A DNA stretch of 64,000 bases from Octopus vulgaris (Eukaryota): positions 44,020,001-44,084,000 of the forward strand of contig OX597814.1 of the NCBI GenBank assembly GCA_951406725.2. The letters run 5' to 3'. Positions 26,290 through 44,841 of the stretch are shown here, one piece after another; position 1 is the first letter of the stretch, and every line of letters begins with the position of its first letter. A program made the position numbers and the translations under genes. A model generated the notes under the pieces. It worked only from the letters and a program-made list of their open reading frames with translations. It searched no databases and was not told where the DNA came from.

Positions 26290-26750
26290 TATCAAAGCGA
26301 TTTGAAAATTCTCATACATAAACAGGTGTCCCAGTTTTTGTATGGGTACATATTCTGCTATGAACCAATCTGAAGGCCACTCTTCCTCTCTCCAAATCTT
26401 ACATCAGACGTTGTTAAGTAGTGTTATAGCTTTCTTTCCTGCACTTTTGATCACTTAATTTGGCACTGTTTCCAGATCTGGTGCTTTCCGCTTTGTTTTT
26501 TGTCTTTTCCAGGGGTATCTCTACCTCACTTCTTTGTAGTTCAGGTTCCTTCTCTAAATCTTTTCACCCATCATACAATTTCTTGGTGTATTCTAGCCAC
26601 TTTTGATTTACCCGTTTTCCTCCAGGTAAGACTATTCCCTCTTGTGATTTGATACTGTTAGCCTTTGCAGTATATTCTCATTGGAGATCCTTCAAATGTT
26701 AGAAAACATCTTTTGAGTTATCGTGTTTTGCTTGTGCTAGATTTTCTCAC
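26290..26750 (-). mobile_element. RTE-like LINE fragment (EN-RT linker)
   Basis: KWLEYTKKLY and KSGKAPD motifs on the minus strand. Confidence 0.55.
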
Positions 26751-26822
26751 GAATTAGTTATATACATTCCTTTTTATCTTTCCAACATTCATGGTTGACT
26801 TTTGGAAATGTCTTTCGGCAGA

Positions 26823-26902
<80 letters not shown>

Positions 26903-27336
26903 TGTATGTATGTATCTATGTATATATGTATGTATGTACGTATGTATGTATCCATGCATTTGTACATGCGTACTTTACAAGATGAAAAAGAATAAAGCAC
27001 TTAAAATATTGTTTTGAGGATATATGTATAGGAATTTGCTATAAGCACCGAATTCAGAAGAATAGCCACTATTTGAAAGAGCAGATTACGTAGAACTCCT
27101 TTATGCATCCCAGTTTACTCATAAGAACCACAATTCCAAATTGCATTCCAAGCCCAATGGTGATTTCCATAACTAAACTAAACAAAGTTCCCAAGCGCAT
27201 TCTTGATGTTATTAATCTAAGAAAGTATTATGCATTTAGACCATTTCAACTACACTTTTGATGTAAGCAAGAGGAGACATGGCATTGAAAACACAGCCTG
27301 TCGCAAATTTACCGATTACGATATTATGACTTCTTT

Positions 27337-27549
27337 GAAGGCGGTGAGCTGGCAGATACGTTAGCACGCCAGACAAAGTACTTAGTGGAATTTTGTCTGT
27401 CTTTACGTTCTGAATTCAAATTCCGCTGAGGTAGACTTTGCCTGTCATCGTTTCGGGGTTGATAAAATAGTACAAGTTGGGAACTGGAGTTGATGTTATC
27501 TACTTAACCCCTGCCTCGAATTTTCTTGCCTTGTGCCAAAATTTGAAAC
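27337..27549 (+). mobile_element. tRNA-derived SINE family B with 18-bp TSD (1 mismatch)
   Basis: ggcggtgagctggcaga...ttcaaattccgc head; flanked by cgatattatgacttcttt (27319-27336) and cgatattatgactgcttt (27550-27567). Confidence 0.88.
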
Positions 27550-29205
27550 CGATATTATGACTGCTTTCTGCTCCAGTTCAACTATGTATGTATTTTTTTC
27601 TGGAGGCGCTACATTTCAACGAACTCTATGCAACGGTCAGCAACACCAATAGAACAATTATGTAAGGCAGCAGAATTATACCACAGACACATTGTTACGC
27701 TATAGCCTTTATGACTAGATAATATTGGGGTAGACTCACTATAAGGTGCTGGAATAAGAAAATACTTTGGAATTGTGGTGAGTGACATTTTATGATTATC
27801 TGTGACACAGGCAGGGAAATAGATCTCCTCTCGCATATTTGGGGTGATGGTGGTTGTATATTCTTACCTCCCATGAATGGATTTTACTATCGATAAAATT
27901 AGAATGAGCTTAAGAAAATCTGTTTAAAATGTAATTATATCCATGAAAAGATATACCTCATAAACTCGAATTTCCTCTCTGGATTCTGTTTGAATCTTCC
28001 CCATCAAGAACATGACTGTTCGTTTATTTCTCCCATCGACCACTGTCCATAGAGCTGCTCCATACTCCAGACGTTTAGATAATCCCCTGGGAGATGGTGC
28101 CTGTCGGAGAAGATGCATATTCATAAACAGCTTATAGTATTTCTAATTTTAAAACATCTAATGTGATCGCTATTGCCGTCACAGACAAGATATTTTGTTT
28201 GATAATTTTAAGATATTTGGCTCGGAAATGATATAAGGAGATTTTAAACGGATAACATCTTTACAACCCAAATTATGACCTCTGCTGAATTGATCCTCTC
28301 TATCATAGAAGTGCTTTCAAAATGTCTGGTAAAACATTCGTTACGTGGCGTAGCTTATAAAGAGAAAAATCTAGCTTACCATTGACCTATAAGTAGCCAT
28401 CCTTGAAGACAAACAATGCCATGACTTATACGGATCGACGACATAATTGAGTAGTGTTTTCTTGTGGGTCATTACTAAAGTACCAATGATTATAAGACAA
28501 TCATTATTTGCCTGCTAATGAAAATGGAACATGTAAGTGCGTAAACACGCATACTCATAAATATACATTATGATGAGTTGTTTATCCATAATAACTATCC
28601 TGATCAAGATAGGTCTAAATTGTAGCATTCTAACATCGGGTAAATCAAATATCGTTGGATCCAGAACTACAAAGCTGGATCCACAAAGTGGAAATAAGGA
28701 AATGTACACACTTAAACAGCTAAGAGCCCGTAGAAAAAAAAGCAGTAAACAAATTAGCCAATGAGATTATTGATACGTGTATAGACTGGGTGTTCCATAG
28801 TCAAAAGGTAAATCAGAGTGACTGATATAAGTGATGAAAATGAACCTGCTGGAAAAGAAAATCTAAATAATGATTGTATTAGTACTTCATTCAGTCATTA
28901 GATAAATAATTATTTAAAGGGCCTGAATTATAGGCAAAACCATAGCTTACATAACGTAGTGGATAATAATAAACGCATTAGGAAGAATATATAAAATTCA
29001 TCGGCATTGTAGAGGATAATTGTCCGTTTAACGGGAACTGATTACATAAAAATATTGTTTATAAATATGAATGTACAATAGTTTTGAATATTACAAACTT
29101 TCTACAAATAATTCTTGTAAAGGACAGGCCTCGCCTTTTAGTTTCTAAATTTCACCATAGTTTTTCTTAGTTCACCTTTAGCTGATATCGGTCTGTTCTG
29201 ATATA

Positions 29206-30202
29206 CGAGGGACGTTCAATAAGTAATGCCCCTAACCCACTTGCAGTTGTTTTATCTAGCTGAAATTGTGCATGTGCAATCATTTATATCTCTATAGAGT
29301 AAGTGACAAATTACAGCTCTGAATTAATTGTGGTTTTTGATTTACAGGTGTTTGAACCGAGTCAAGTGTGAAATGGAGCCTGTTAAGTGTCGAGCAGTGA
29401 TACGGTTTTTGTATTTGAAAGGACGCACACCACGGGAGACTTTTGATGAAATGAAAGTAACTTATGGTGATGATGTCCCATCATATGACCTTGTAAAACG
29501 CTGGCATCGTGAATTGAAACATGGTCGGAACGCTGTGAAAACAGCTCCCAGATCTGGTCGCCCATTCTGCCATTGATGAGACGTCTGTCCGTCAAGTTGA
29601 GGCTGCCATTTTGGAAGATCGACGCATAATTATTCGCCAAATAGCCCATGAGGTCAAGATTAGTACCGGGTCTGTGGAAACAGGATGAATTTGGAGATGT
29701 GCCAAGAATATGAGTCAAAATTTTTCAAAAGACTGATTACACAGGATGAAACCTGGGTCCATCACGATGATCCAGAGACCAAAGCCCAGTCAATGCAGTG
29801 GAAGCACCGTGACTCACCCCCTCCAAAGAAGGCAAGGGTGCAGCCCTCCGCTGGCAAGGTCATGCTCACAGTTTTCTGGGACAAGGACGGAGTTGTGATG
29901 ACAGATTTCTTGGCAAAGGGTACCACAATTGCAGTTGCCTATTATGCTTCACTTTTGACGAAATTAAGAGAAGTTATCAAAATCAAGAGGCGGGGCAAGA
30001 TCAGCAAAGGCATCCTCCTCCTGCAGGACAACGCTCCGGTCCACAACTCACTTGTCGCCAGATCAGAAGCACAGGCGTATGGCTATGAACTCCTCCCCCA
30101 TCCCCCTACTTTCCTGACCTTGCACCTTCTGATTTTCACCTCTTCCCAGTCATGAAGTTGTTTTAGCTGCATCAAGGGGCATTACTTATTGAACGCCCCT
30201 CG
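29206..30202 (+). mobile_element. mariner transposon with both TIRs and TA TSD, internally deleted
   Basis: ta|cgagggacgttcaataagtaatgcccc ... ggggcattacttattgaacgcccctcg|ta; transposase pieces include the HTH, ITQDETWVHH and LLQDNAPVH. Confidence 0.95.
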
Positions 30203-31989
30203 TATAACTTGCGCTGATAGACATGATGAATATATGATGCTGAATTTTCCAATGAGAACTTCCGGAAATGTTCCTTTCTCATTGCTGTTGTTTTGTTTTC
30301 GATTTTCCCTCAACAACATCCAACTACACTCCTATACTAGAGCCGATCTCCATGTTAGCTCATATTAGAACTGAAATCCATAATGAGAGAGGTATTTTGA
30401 ATGAATTCTTAACACATATACACATATGTGTGCGCGCGTGTGTGTGTGTTCGTGCGTGTGTGTGTATGTGTTTGTGTGTGCATATGTTTCTATGCATGTA
30501 TACAGCTAATGCAGTACGTATAGTCTTATGTAGGCACATCAAATTCAGCTTCACATACGGTATCTTCGCGGGTAAAAAATTATTAAGCAGGCAATTTTCT
30601 TTGAATTAGGCATTTGTATTATATAACAAATATATAAAAAGAAATATGACTGAAAATATTCCGTCTGAGCTTTTTTCTTCAGTCTGCAAAGTTTATGGAT
30701 AGAAATCTTTTTATATATTTATTCAAGGAATTTATAGCATTATATATTTATTCAAGTAATGTATAGCAAGGAATGTATAGGAAAAGCGTAAGAAGTAATA
30801 TTATAGAATCATGAGATAAGTATTTCAAACAAAGCTAAATGCGAAAGAAAAGGATGAGTAAATATGTTTCAATAATGAAATTATCTCAACAATAATTTAC
30901 AGTCATATATTTCAGTTGGCGGCTGTTAAAGATTAAAAAATAGAAAAAGCTTTCAAATTTTTTCAAGGTATACAACACATACAGAAGTGGCTGCAATGAC
31001 AGAGATTTATGAGAGGACAGAAGAATTAATATCAGAAATTTTGAAAAAGTATGCGAAATTTCAAATATTCGTTGAGCAGAGTTGGATTCAAAAATTATGA
31101 ATGATTCTTTGTTGCGATGCAAAATCGACGCAATCCCATGGGAAATTACCAAAAGCCTGTAATGAAGCAGGATGTATTAAGTAACAGCAGAATATATGGA
31201 TACTGACTGAAACAATTAAACAAATATTCTATGAATGTCTAGTCAAAGTGCACAGGGAATAGATATTTGTGTTTGCCTATTTGCCAGGCTGTTTCTTAGA
31301 CTTTCCTACACTGGAAATCATCTCAATATTTGAAAATACTAACAGGATAAAGATGATAAATACACTAGAAAAGATCTCAGAGAAAGACATAGCGATTAAA
31401 ATAAAAGAGATCAAAACTATTCGGCCGATATGGTAATGATCAAGTAACATGTAGATACCTATAGAAATATACCAATAAGAATTAGGTTTTTATACTTGCA
31501 TAATATACAGATAACAGGACTGCAGGGAATCACGCACACATTTCGTAGAGAGATTTCAAGACAAACTAACACCACAGTCAAGGAACCCAGGGCTGTGATT
31601 GGTAGTTCAATGAATGCATGCAATAAAAGTATGGCTACCGAATGATTATAACGCACGCATAAGGCCTAAACTTTTGGTAGGACGAACTTATTAACTGACT
31701 GATACTTTAATTTATCTAGCCCAAAACCATGTAAAGCATACTCGACTTCAGCAAGAACTAAACTTCCACATTAAATCTTGATAACATTTGAAAAAATAGC
31801 ACAGAATGAATTTGACTGTCAAATTGTACAACAAATATTATGAACAAATTCATCCAAATCATCCGTAAATAACAGCTAATTGTGCTTTTCCTTACCTTTT
31901 CCCAGATCATACCGCAGATTTGTCTTCTGCAATATTGCACTTAATGGAATTATTTTCAGCACGAAGGTCAGGCAATTGAACCTGAATCC

Positions 31990-33575
31990 AGATATAAAAA
32001 GCCTGAAAATACTTGAGACGGATGGAATTAAGCATGATGATTAGAAATAAATGACAACGTAAAATTATCTGAGATAGATATTGGATTTAAAGTTGAATGC
32101 CGGAAACATAATTCCAGCATTAAATTCGGCATTAAACTCGCACACAGTTGCACCATAAACCACATGTTCTCTGTATTACATGCCGCATGTCCATTTGATT
32201 TACAGATAGTTAAGAAGGAAGGCGAGCCAGTAGACGTGTAGAATCCTTTATATATGAGATGGCACGGCTGTAAAATTATTGTCTGAGCCTTGGGCATGAT
32301 ATCAAAATGTATTGACAGGAAAGTAAAGAGAATGGAATTAGTGTCCACTTTAGCTTTTGAGAAACGTTTGCCTCCTTGGCACGGCCAGATTTATTAGAAA
32401 ACTACTAGATAGTTGAAAGGAACAAATGGTACTGTACCATTGGCCACAGGTAGCACGTCTGCTATCCATGCAAGATTCCAGAACTTCCAGCAAAACCTGC
32501 GTCAGAAGATCCAAGGTGATAGCTTTCTCTATTAATATTCGTATTGGTAATGACACCGCTCAATACGATAGTACGCAAAGTTTAAATTGCTTACGATTTG
32601 GGAAAAGGAAATGGTCAATACGAAAAATGAGAAACAGCTTGAAAATATTGTACATATCCAAATTTTCTCAAATGACGTAAGTATGGAATTTGGGATAGAA
32701 AATGCGCTACATTGAAAATGAAACGTGGAAGATTTGAAGGATCCCAGGGAACTGAAATACCAAATGGGCAGTGACAGCAATTGAGAAAGGACAGTGGTAT
32801 AAGTACTTGGGAAAACTAGAAGCAAACGAAATAAAAAATAGTAAAGAAATTATATAAATGACAAGGCGAGTAAGAACATTACTGCAGTCAAAGCTGAATT
32901 CCAAAAATCGTATTCAAGCAATAAATTCAAAAGGAGATCTCTAAATCATTTATAGATTTGTAATTATAGACTGGATCAAAAGCAATAGAAAGAAACTTGA
33001 CAGAAAAACGACAGAGATGCTGACAATATATGTGACCCACCATCCGAAATCACCTACCTGCTCCTGATAGGAAGTAATAGAGAACTGGTATGAGCATGTA
33101 CCAAGTAAAGTTATGCAGGAGGATGGAAACGTTACGATACTCTGGGACTGCAATTTTCAGACGGATCGTGTAAACGACCACCTTCGGCCGGATATTGTCT
33201 TATTGAATAAGAAATGGAAATACTGTTAGATCATTGATGTTGCCATACCAAATGACATGTATGCTGTAAGTAAAGAGGGTGAAATAAAATCACCAAGAAA
33301 ACAGAATTGAAAGTGGAAATGGAAAGACTATATTGAATGCGAGAGAGCAATGTATAAGTGATACGAGAGGCGATCGAGCGTTAGGCTCAATACAGTTGAA
33401 ATTTCAAACCTTCCTAAGGCAACTGGAAACCCCATGCAAGATTGATGTCTAGCACAAAGCAGCCTTCTTGGGCTCAGCTCACATCTTAAGGAAAGTATTA
33501 TCTGCTTGAGGTCCTTGTTATTATTTAACAAATGACTAAAGTCTCTGGTGCAATTTTAGCTACATTGTGTTACGA
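31990..33575 (+). mobile_element. Degraded R4/Dong-type non-LTR retrotransposon
   Basis: MEFGIEKCA, YKYLG, LQSKLNS and WDCNFQTDRVNDHLRPDIVLL...IIDVAIP (RLE) motifs; followed by (AAC)/(TAA)n. Confidence 0.8.
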
Positions 33576-33577
33576 AG

Positions 33578-33612
33578 GAACAACAACAACAACGACAATA
33601 ATAATGATGATG

Positions 33613-33688
<76 letters not shown>
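33578..33688. repeat. (TAA)n tract
   Basis: Direct reading. Confidence 0.97.
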
Positions 33689-37866
<4,178 letters not shown>

Positions 37867-37867
37867 T

Positions 37868-38200
37868 CCTGCCCCCTGGGAAGGTTAACGAGAGAACACC
37901 GGGGACGTTTAACATGTGAGAGCAAGAAAACTGCTGCGAAATATATCCGAAAATATTGGGAATGAAGGCAACAAATGAAACCTAAAATAACTCACAAATT
38001 GTTGGACTATATACGAGTAAGTAATACTCATTAATATTTATCTCTATTTTCCAAATGAAACGATGTATTTTAAATGTGTGTCACCTCCGTCACTCGCACG
38101 ACATGTGTAAACACCACGTCACACTGACAAAGCGTCGGACTACACCTCAGTAAGTAATACTCATTAAAAGTGTCGAACTATATCAAAGTAAATATTGGAA
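37868..38200 (+). mobile_element. Second copy of the Dong-like 5' UTR
   Basis: aacaccggggacgtttaa.atgtgag and ttggactatat.cgagtaagtaat.ctcatt...atgtatttta are shared with 33689-33980. Confidence 0.85.
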
Positions 38201-38399
38201 AATACCCGATTAAGTACACATCACAAATACGTAAGTAGGTAAACTAATTAATTACGTTTACAACCCAGCTTTACATGGACACATTTTAATATTTCAAAAT
38301 AAAATTAAGTAACGTATAAACAGGCGCATACACACATTTGTTAATCAACAAAAAGCTAACGACAGATACTAGTCATTATTGATCACAAAAGCATTAAAC

Positions 38400-38436
<37 letters not shown>

Positions 38437-38699
38437 GCCTCTACAGAATTAAACAAATATATACACCCCACGAAAAATATATAGGTGGACATTAATTTAT
38501 TGTTTCTTTCTTTGTTTCGTTTCACTACATTTATTGGTTTATAATTATAGAAGCGGTGCTCTATCAAATTGTCTACGCTAATTGATAAAACACGAAGCCT
38601 CGTACTAAAACGAAAGTGTTAATGATAATTAGATAAGACCGATGTCGGATCAGACGAAATATTGACAAATAGTGGGAAAAAATGAAAATATTAATATCA

Positions 38700-39800
38700 G
38701 TGAAGATGATAAAAATAATAATGAAAGAAACATGTTGGAATCTTTCCATGTCCTGATCGATATTATATCTAGTGATGGTGTCATAATAAAAACACTGGTA
38801 ATTGCGCAACCTGATAATCGCTACCTCATATGAGTGACAATGAAAAGACAATATATTGTGAAAAATGGTGGTAATGAAGCTGAAGCCCTTGATGGTGACT
38901 GTATTGCACCTGCCAGTTTCAGAGATACTGGTCCGGCTGCAGCCTGTCGTTGTCCAGCAATGCACTCGCACACACGACATAGATGAAACAAACAGGTCAA
39001 TGCTGTGCACATGGAGTGTTTCTACCTGAACAACCCGGTAGACAAATATGGTGCTCATATTAGGGAATACCGACAATATATGTATGATCCGTAGAGCGAA
39101 AGAGAATTGTTTCAACTCACAGAACAGAGATATTATGTGATCAACTTAAAGCAATGAGAAAAGTAGTTGGTGCATAGTTGTAGAGCTCAAAGCTGTCAAA
39201 AGACGGGTATTGGAAAACAGCAGCAGAGGAAACGATGAAAATACAGTTCTTACTGATAAATGTAATCTCATAGCAGAAAACTGAGGTGAAATCTCTAATA
39301 AACCACAGGAAAGGAACATTGATAGCTTACTTGAGGAGAGACATATAGATGGTCTGGAAGAAGACAACAAAACTAATGGTGACATGACAGATGGGCAAAA
39401 GGCCATCAACGACAGAATAAAGGCAATGCTACAGGAGAATGATAGTGACATTATTTGCAGTCTTAAAAACTTTGATCGGTGGAAATTCTACGAAGAAACG
39501 AAAATGTCAATGAATTTCTGAAATATCTCAGAACAAAAAGCATTACAGAAACAAATAATTTAATCAAGGCAGCAAGTATTATTGTAGCAAAAAATATGAG
39601 TGTTGATGTCGAGAAAAAGAAATATAATGGGAGTGACGAAAGAAAATATCTATGGTGGTAAAGAAGAATACAAGCGCGGTTAGATATGCTCTCGACGGAC
39701 ATTTCTGTGATAGGCCGAAAAGAGAAGAGGGAGCTTAAAAGTGAACAAAAATACAGGGCACAGAACAGAAACTATGATATTGAAAGAAAGGGCCTGAAAT
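38700..39800 (+). mobile_element. R4/Dong-type element N-terminal region (different subfamily), degenerate
   Basis: FQLTEQR..DQLKAMRK, KSITETNNLIKAASIIVA and WW*RRIQ motifs. Confidence 0.7.
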
Positions 39801-39850
39801 GTAATGATGATGATGATGATGATAATAATAATAATAATAATAATAATAAT

Positions 39851-40391
39851 GCAGTACCAGGCAGTGGCTCTCGTAGCTCCTGATCTTGACTGATTGGAAG
39901 TGTTATCATGTACATTGTTTTGTCTTGGTATGAAAGATGGGCTACAGCAAATATTCTGCTCAATACCACAGATTTCCTTGTCAGTTGTTTGACCATAACC
40001 AGTTGAGCATGTCCCGTAGTGGCTGACGATATGTGCATCTCTGATCACGAGCAGAAGCAGTGAGGGAGCCATGTGTTGAGAGGGATTCTTTGGGGTCTGA
40101 ATAATACCCCTCTGGAATCATGGGTGTTTCGTTCAACATCCCTAAACAACCCTTATTCAGGGACCTTTTGAGTGGGGTGGGTTACTCGATCAGAAGAAAA
40201 TTCTAAGTACACCCCACCTGCAAGGACATGTGTGCTGTTAATCTTGATATGAGATCACCATGTCGTGCACATATGGTTGTGATGCATGTGCCTGGTGTAC
40301 CCTTATCAGACGGGTAGTCATGATGGGTATACTGGGCTTCGTGTATTTTTAACCCAGTGTCACTTTGATAGCATGCACTGCTCTCTCACTC
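39851..40391 (+). mobile_element. ~540-bp non-coding insert flanked by (TAA)n on both sides
   Basis: Higher-GC non-coding block bounded by TAA tracts, lying between Dong-like coding remnants; orientation inferred from the tail. Confidence 0.55.
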
Positions 40392-40419
40392 AATAATAAT
40401 AATAATAATAGTAATAACA

Positions 40420-41135
40420 CTATCCAGTTATAAATACCTGGAACTACTTGATGCAGATGGAATCAGAGACAAAAACATGAAAGTAAAAGACAAATAAAGA
40501 GTTCCTTCGGCGAGTGAGGAAAATATTGGCTTCATATCTGAATGCCAGAAACATAATTTCGGCAATAAACTAGCGCGCAGTAACAGTAGTTCAGTAAGGC
40601 GCTGGAAACCTGAAGTCGATTGAGGAGGAGGGAAAAAGAGATAGACAGGAAATGAAGAAATCTCGTAATGATGCATGGAGCCCATCAGAAGACTGCGTGA
40701 CTATCGAACTCGAGAGCTTAATGAGATACCTAGTCCAAAATATGAAAACCTTGCTTGTGACAGTTAGGAACGAGGGAGTATTGAAAGCAGGGAAAATGGA
40801 AGAAGTACCAATAGATCATGAAGAATTACGCAAGAATAGACTACACAATCAATTCCATATAACCACAATAGAAGTTATTGGAATAAGTGGAATTAGCTGA
40901 TAAAAAGGACACTATAAAAAGAGGCCGAGGGCGCTATAGTGGCAGCGCATGACCAAGCTATCGCCATGCACTGGAGGGTCAACCTTAGGAATGAGCAGGT
41001 GTCACCTCTGTGCTGCATCTGCAATAGAGTGGATGAAACCATTGTCCATATCACGAATGCGCTAGACTTGCCCAAAACCGCTACAAGTTTTGGCGACACG
41101 ATCAGGTAGCGAAAGCACTACATTAGGGGTTTTAC
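40420..41135 (+). mobile_element. R4/Dong-type 3' coding fragment, degenerate
   Basis: YKYLELLDADGIRD, LHNQF, EAEGAIVAAHDQAI and CCICNRVDETIVHI motifs. Confidence 0.75.
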
Positions 41136-41139
41136 ATAT

Positions 41140-42600
41140 AATGAATTGATAAAATAATTAAATAAGTAACACAAATGTAATTATACACAGTATATAATGA
41201 AAAGGAAAAGAAATATAAACAGTATATAAAAGTTTAACGAAAAAGGGGGGAGATAGAGATGTAGCCCTCCTGACAGAGGATGACGTCTAGGGATAATCGA
41301 GAAATCCAACCCGGGGTTTCCCCGAACACCAAGAACAAGTGCCCTCTCAAGTTCTTTCTCTCCGACTCACAGGTCTACACTTAGAAAAGTAACATCCATT
41401 CGTGCCATTTTCGCAACTTTCACCCACCTTTCAATAAACTCACTCGAGGACAGTACTTATTTCTCCACCCTCAATTTCCTTTGCAAGTGAAACTTGAAGA
41501 AGTTAAGGAGACCTCTACGAAAGAGGAATATATGTCTTCATGCCTTTCGGCTTTGTTCACCAAACAACTTCATTCGCCACAGCCACGAGCCAACTGAAAA
41601 CTGCCTTGTCTGCCCTATTGAAGAAGGGCAGCGAGGCATCAACACTAAAGACGGATCCGTCTCACAAGTGACAGCAGCTGTTCGACATAACCCCACAAGT
41701 CAGTAATGCCCGGTCACTGAACGAGAGCGTGCAAAACGATTTCGTCACTCTGCATGCAACTCGGACAAGCCCATCTGACAACACATCTGTGCCTGTAGAC
41801 TTTATCTCGAACTGGCGCCCACCCCCAGTAGCACTGCCAGGCCAAGGACATCAAGAAATTATCCATGATAGTTTCCGACCGGAGCAGACTAGCCAGTTCA
41901 TTCTCGTCAGCGCCCAGAGTCTCTCCGAGACCATCACACTTTCCCGCTACTAATCGTCTATGAATTTCTAAAGCAGAACATCCATCGATCCCATTGCCCG
42001 AATGGTAGAGGGCTGTGAGTGCCTGACGCCATTCTAGGTGCCAGGCGCCCAATCTCGGTCTTTTCTTCGCCCAGGACTGCAGCTTTATCAAGGAGATGAG
42101 CTGCGGAAAGACGAGCCTCACAGACGGAGCCTACACGCACTCACCGTCCAGAAACTTTTGGTGGTGACGAAAGGAACCACGGCATACCTAATCCGCCACT
42201 CAGAGGATGCTGGCAACGAACTGACCGAATGATCATTGGAACGCGTCACGTCCATAAGAATTTAAATAAGAGACGCCCCAAACTGGTCAAGGCATGACGG
42301 TCATACGATAAACGATAACGGAGGGGATGTAGACATTTATCACCTCTGCCCAACATTTCAGGAACAACTTCCTCTCAGGCCATTTCTGGGTGAGACTGGT
42401 TACTCTGTACTCCACCTCGCCTCAGTTGTTATCTACATGAAGGTCGGGACCAAACCAGACCTCGAGCAGTTTAACTGGTCCGTCGGTCTAACGTCCGATG
42501 AAGCCATCCGATGGCATCGACCTGCCTCTTCAGGAGCCCAAGCGCAACCCACCGATTTGTCGGCGTTGATTTTGGCCCTGCAACCGGCTCTTATTCCTAC
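41140..42600 (-). mobile_element. Tx1/L1-clade LINE, 5'-truncated (end of RT, zinc finger, 3' UTR)
   Basis: AKINADKSVGLRLGS...VKLLEVWFGPD and MDNFLMSLAWQCY..PVRDKVYRH..CPSC..EIVLHALVQ; same family type as 18900-21140. Confidence 0.85.
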
Positions 42601-42607
42601 TTTAATG

Positions 42608-42679
<72 letters not shown>

Positions 42680-44744
42680 GCCTGGATAGACTATAAAAAG
42701 GTTTTTGATAGCCTACCACATAGCTGGATTAGGAAATGCCTGGAAATGTATAAGATAGCACCTACTCTGCGAAACGTTTTGACTGTAAGTATGAGAGCAT
42801 GGAGAACCACACTAAGTCTGAACAGTGACAATGAATCCCTAGATGCTGGTGATGTAAAAATTTCGTGTGGCATTTTCCAGGGTGACTCACTGTCACCACT
42901 CCTCTTTTGTTTAGCCTTAATACCTCTCTCAAAACTGCTCAATGACGCGCAGTACGGGTATAAAATGTTTGATAAATATATAAACCATCTCATTTACATG
43001 GATGATTTAAAGCTTTTTGCAAAACATTACCAACAATTCAAGGTCTTACTAGCGATAGTCAAACAATTCAGTAACGACATCAGAATGCAATTCGGCCTCG
43101 ATAAATGTGCAAAAGCTACCTTTATAAAATGAAAAATGACAGAAACATCTAACGTTAACCTTGACCAGCAGAATATCATAAAAGAACTAGACCCAGCGGA
43201 GAGCTACAAATACCTAGGGGTAATTGAAGGGAACGGAATAAGGCATTCAGAGATGAAGGAAAGGATCAGGAGAGAATGCTATCAAAGAGTGAGAGCAACA
43301 CTCAAGACAGAGCTGAATGCAAGAAACAGGATCGAAGCGATCAATGCATTAGCCATACCAGTCGTGACTTACAGTTTCAATATCGTTAACTGGTCAGTTA
43401 CTGAAATATGTCAGCTCGATAGAAAAATAAGAAAACTGTTGACAATGCATAGAATGCACCACCCTAAGGCAGATACAGAACGACTTTATCTGCCAAGAAA
43501 AGAGGAAGGACGTGGTCTTTTGCAACTGGCAATAACAATGAAGATTGCTACAATTGGCATAGACACCTACGTGAAAAACTCTGAGGACTGGATGTTAAAA
43601 CTTGTCTCAAAACATGAAAAGAAGAAAGCATCATACTCAGTAACAAAACAGGCAAAGGAATATCTAAGTGAATTCCGAATACAACCAATTTCGGAATTAG
43701 AGATAAACATACAAGAAACAAGCACAGAAAAAGCTAGGCGCATGAAAACCCGTGCCAAAACTGCGGCCTTAGATATTCTGAATAATAAATGGCAAGAAAA
43801 ACTTCTCTATGGCAAATACCCAAAGAGAGCGAATAATGCAGATATTGACAAAGCCCTGACCCATCAATGGCTAATGGCCTCTGGCTTAAAATCTGAAACA
43901 GAAGGGTTTATCATAGCAGCTCAAGATCAATGCCAACCAACAAGAAACTACCAGGCCAACATATTAAAGAACGGCAGTAGCCCAACATGTCGTGTATGCC
44001 CACAACAAAATGAAACCATTGATCATGTTGTCTCCAATGCAGTCTTCTAGCGCCTACAGATTACCTCAGCAGGCATGATAGAGCTGCACAATATATTCAC
44101 TGGGTAATTTGCAAAAACCTGGATTTGTCCCATGAAAAAAGCTGGTGGGAACACAATCCACCTCCAGTGCTTGAAAATGACCACATCTCACTCCTCTGGA
44201 ACTTCACCATCCAAACTGACAGAAAGATAGATGCAAATAGGCCAGAGATCATATTGAAATACTTCAGACAATGAACATGCCTCCTCATTGATATGACTCT
44301 CCCAATCGATATAAACGTATCTGTCAAGACCTACCAAAAACTGAGCAAATATAAAGATCTTGAAATAGAAATCAGCAAAATGTGGAACCTGAAGACTAAA
44401 ACAATACCTGTTGTCATAGGTGCCCTGGAAATGATAGCGAAAGGGGCTGATTGCTACCTAACTCAGATACCAGGAAACCCCAAAATGGCAGAAATTCAAA
44501 AGATAGTACTCATGGGAACTGTTCATATCCTACGCAAAATACTCTCTATGTAATCCCAAGGTTTAAAACAAACTTTTTTTTTTAAATTTATGTATTAGAC
44601 ATTCACTAGTACAACACTAAAAAAAACCAAATATATGGCACACTAGGCATAACAACAACGTGAACTTCCAACCTGTTGTCTCTTGAGGTCTCTGGGTGAG
44701 ACTTGGAGCCAAATTGTACAGACATAAAGCAAAAGTCAAACATA

Positions 44745-44745
<1 letters not shown>
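42680..44745 (+). mobile_element. 5'-truncated R4/Dong-type retrotransposon in (TAA)n, relatively young
   Basis: WIDYKKVFDS, IFQGDSLSPLLF, YMDD, ETEGFIIAAQDQ, CRVC..ETIDHVV and RLE motifs; TAA tracts at both ends. Confidence 0.95.

Positions 44746-44841
<96 letters not shown>

Noticed and set aside
27610-28500. Possible integrase-like relic on the minus strand
   Set aside because: Only faint motif resemblance; cannot be distinguished from chance.
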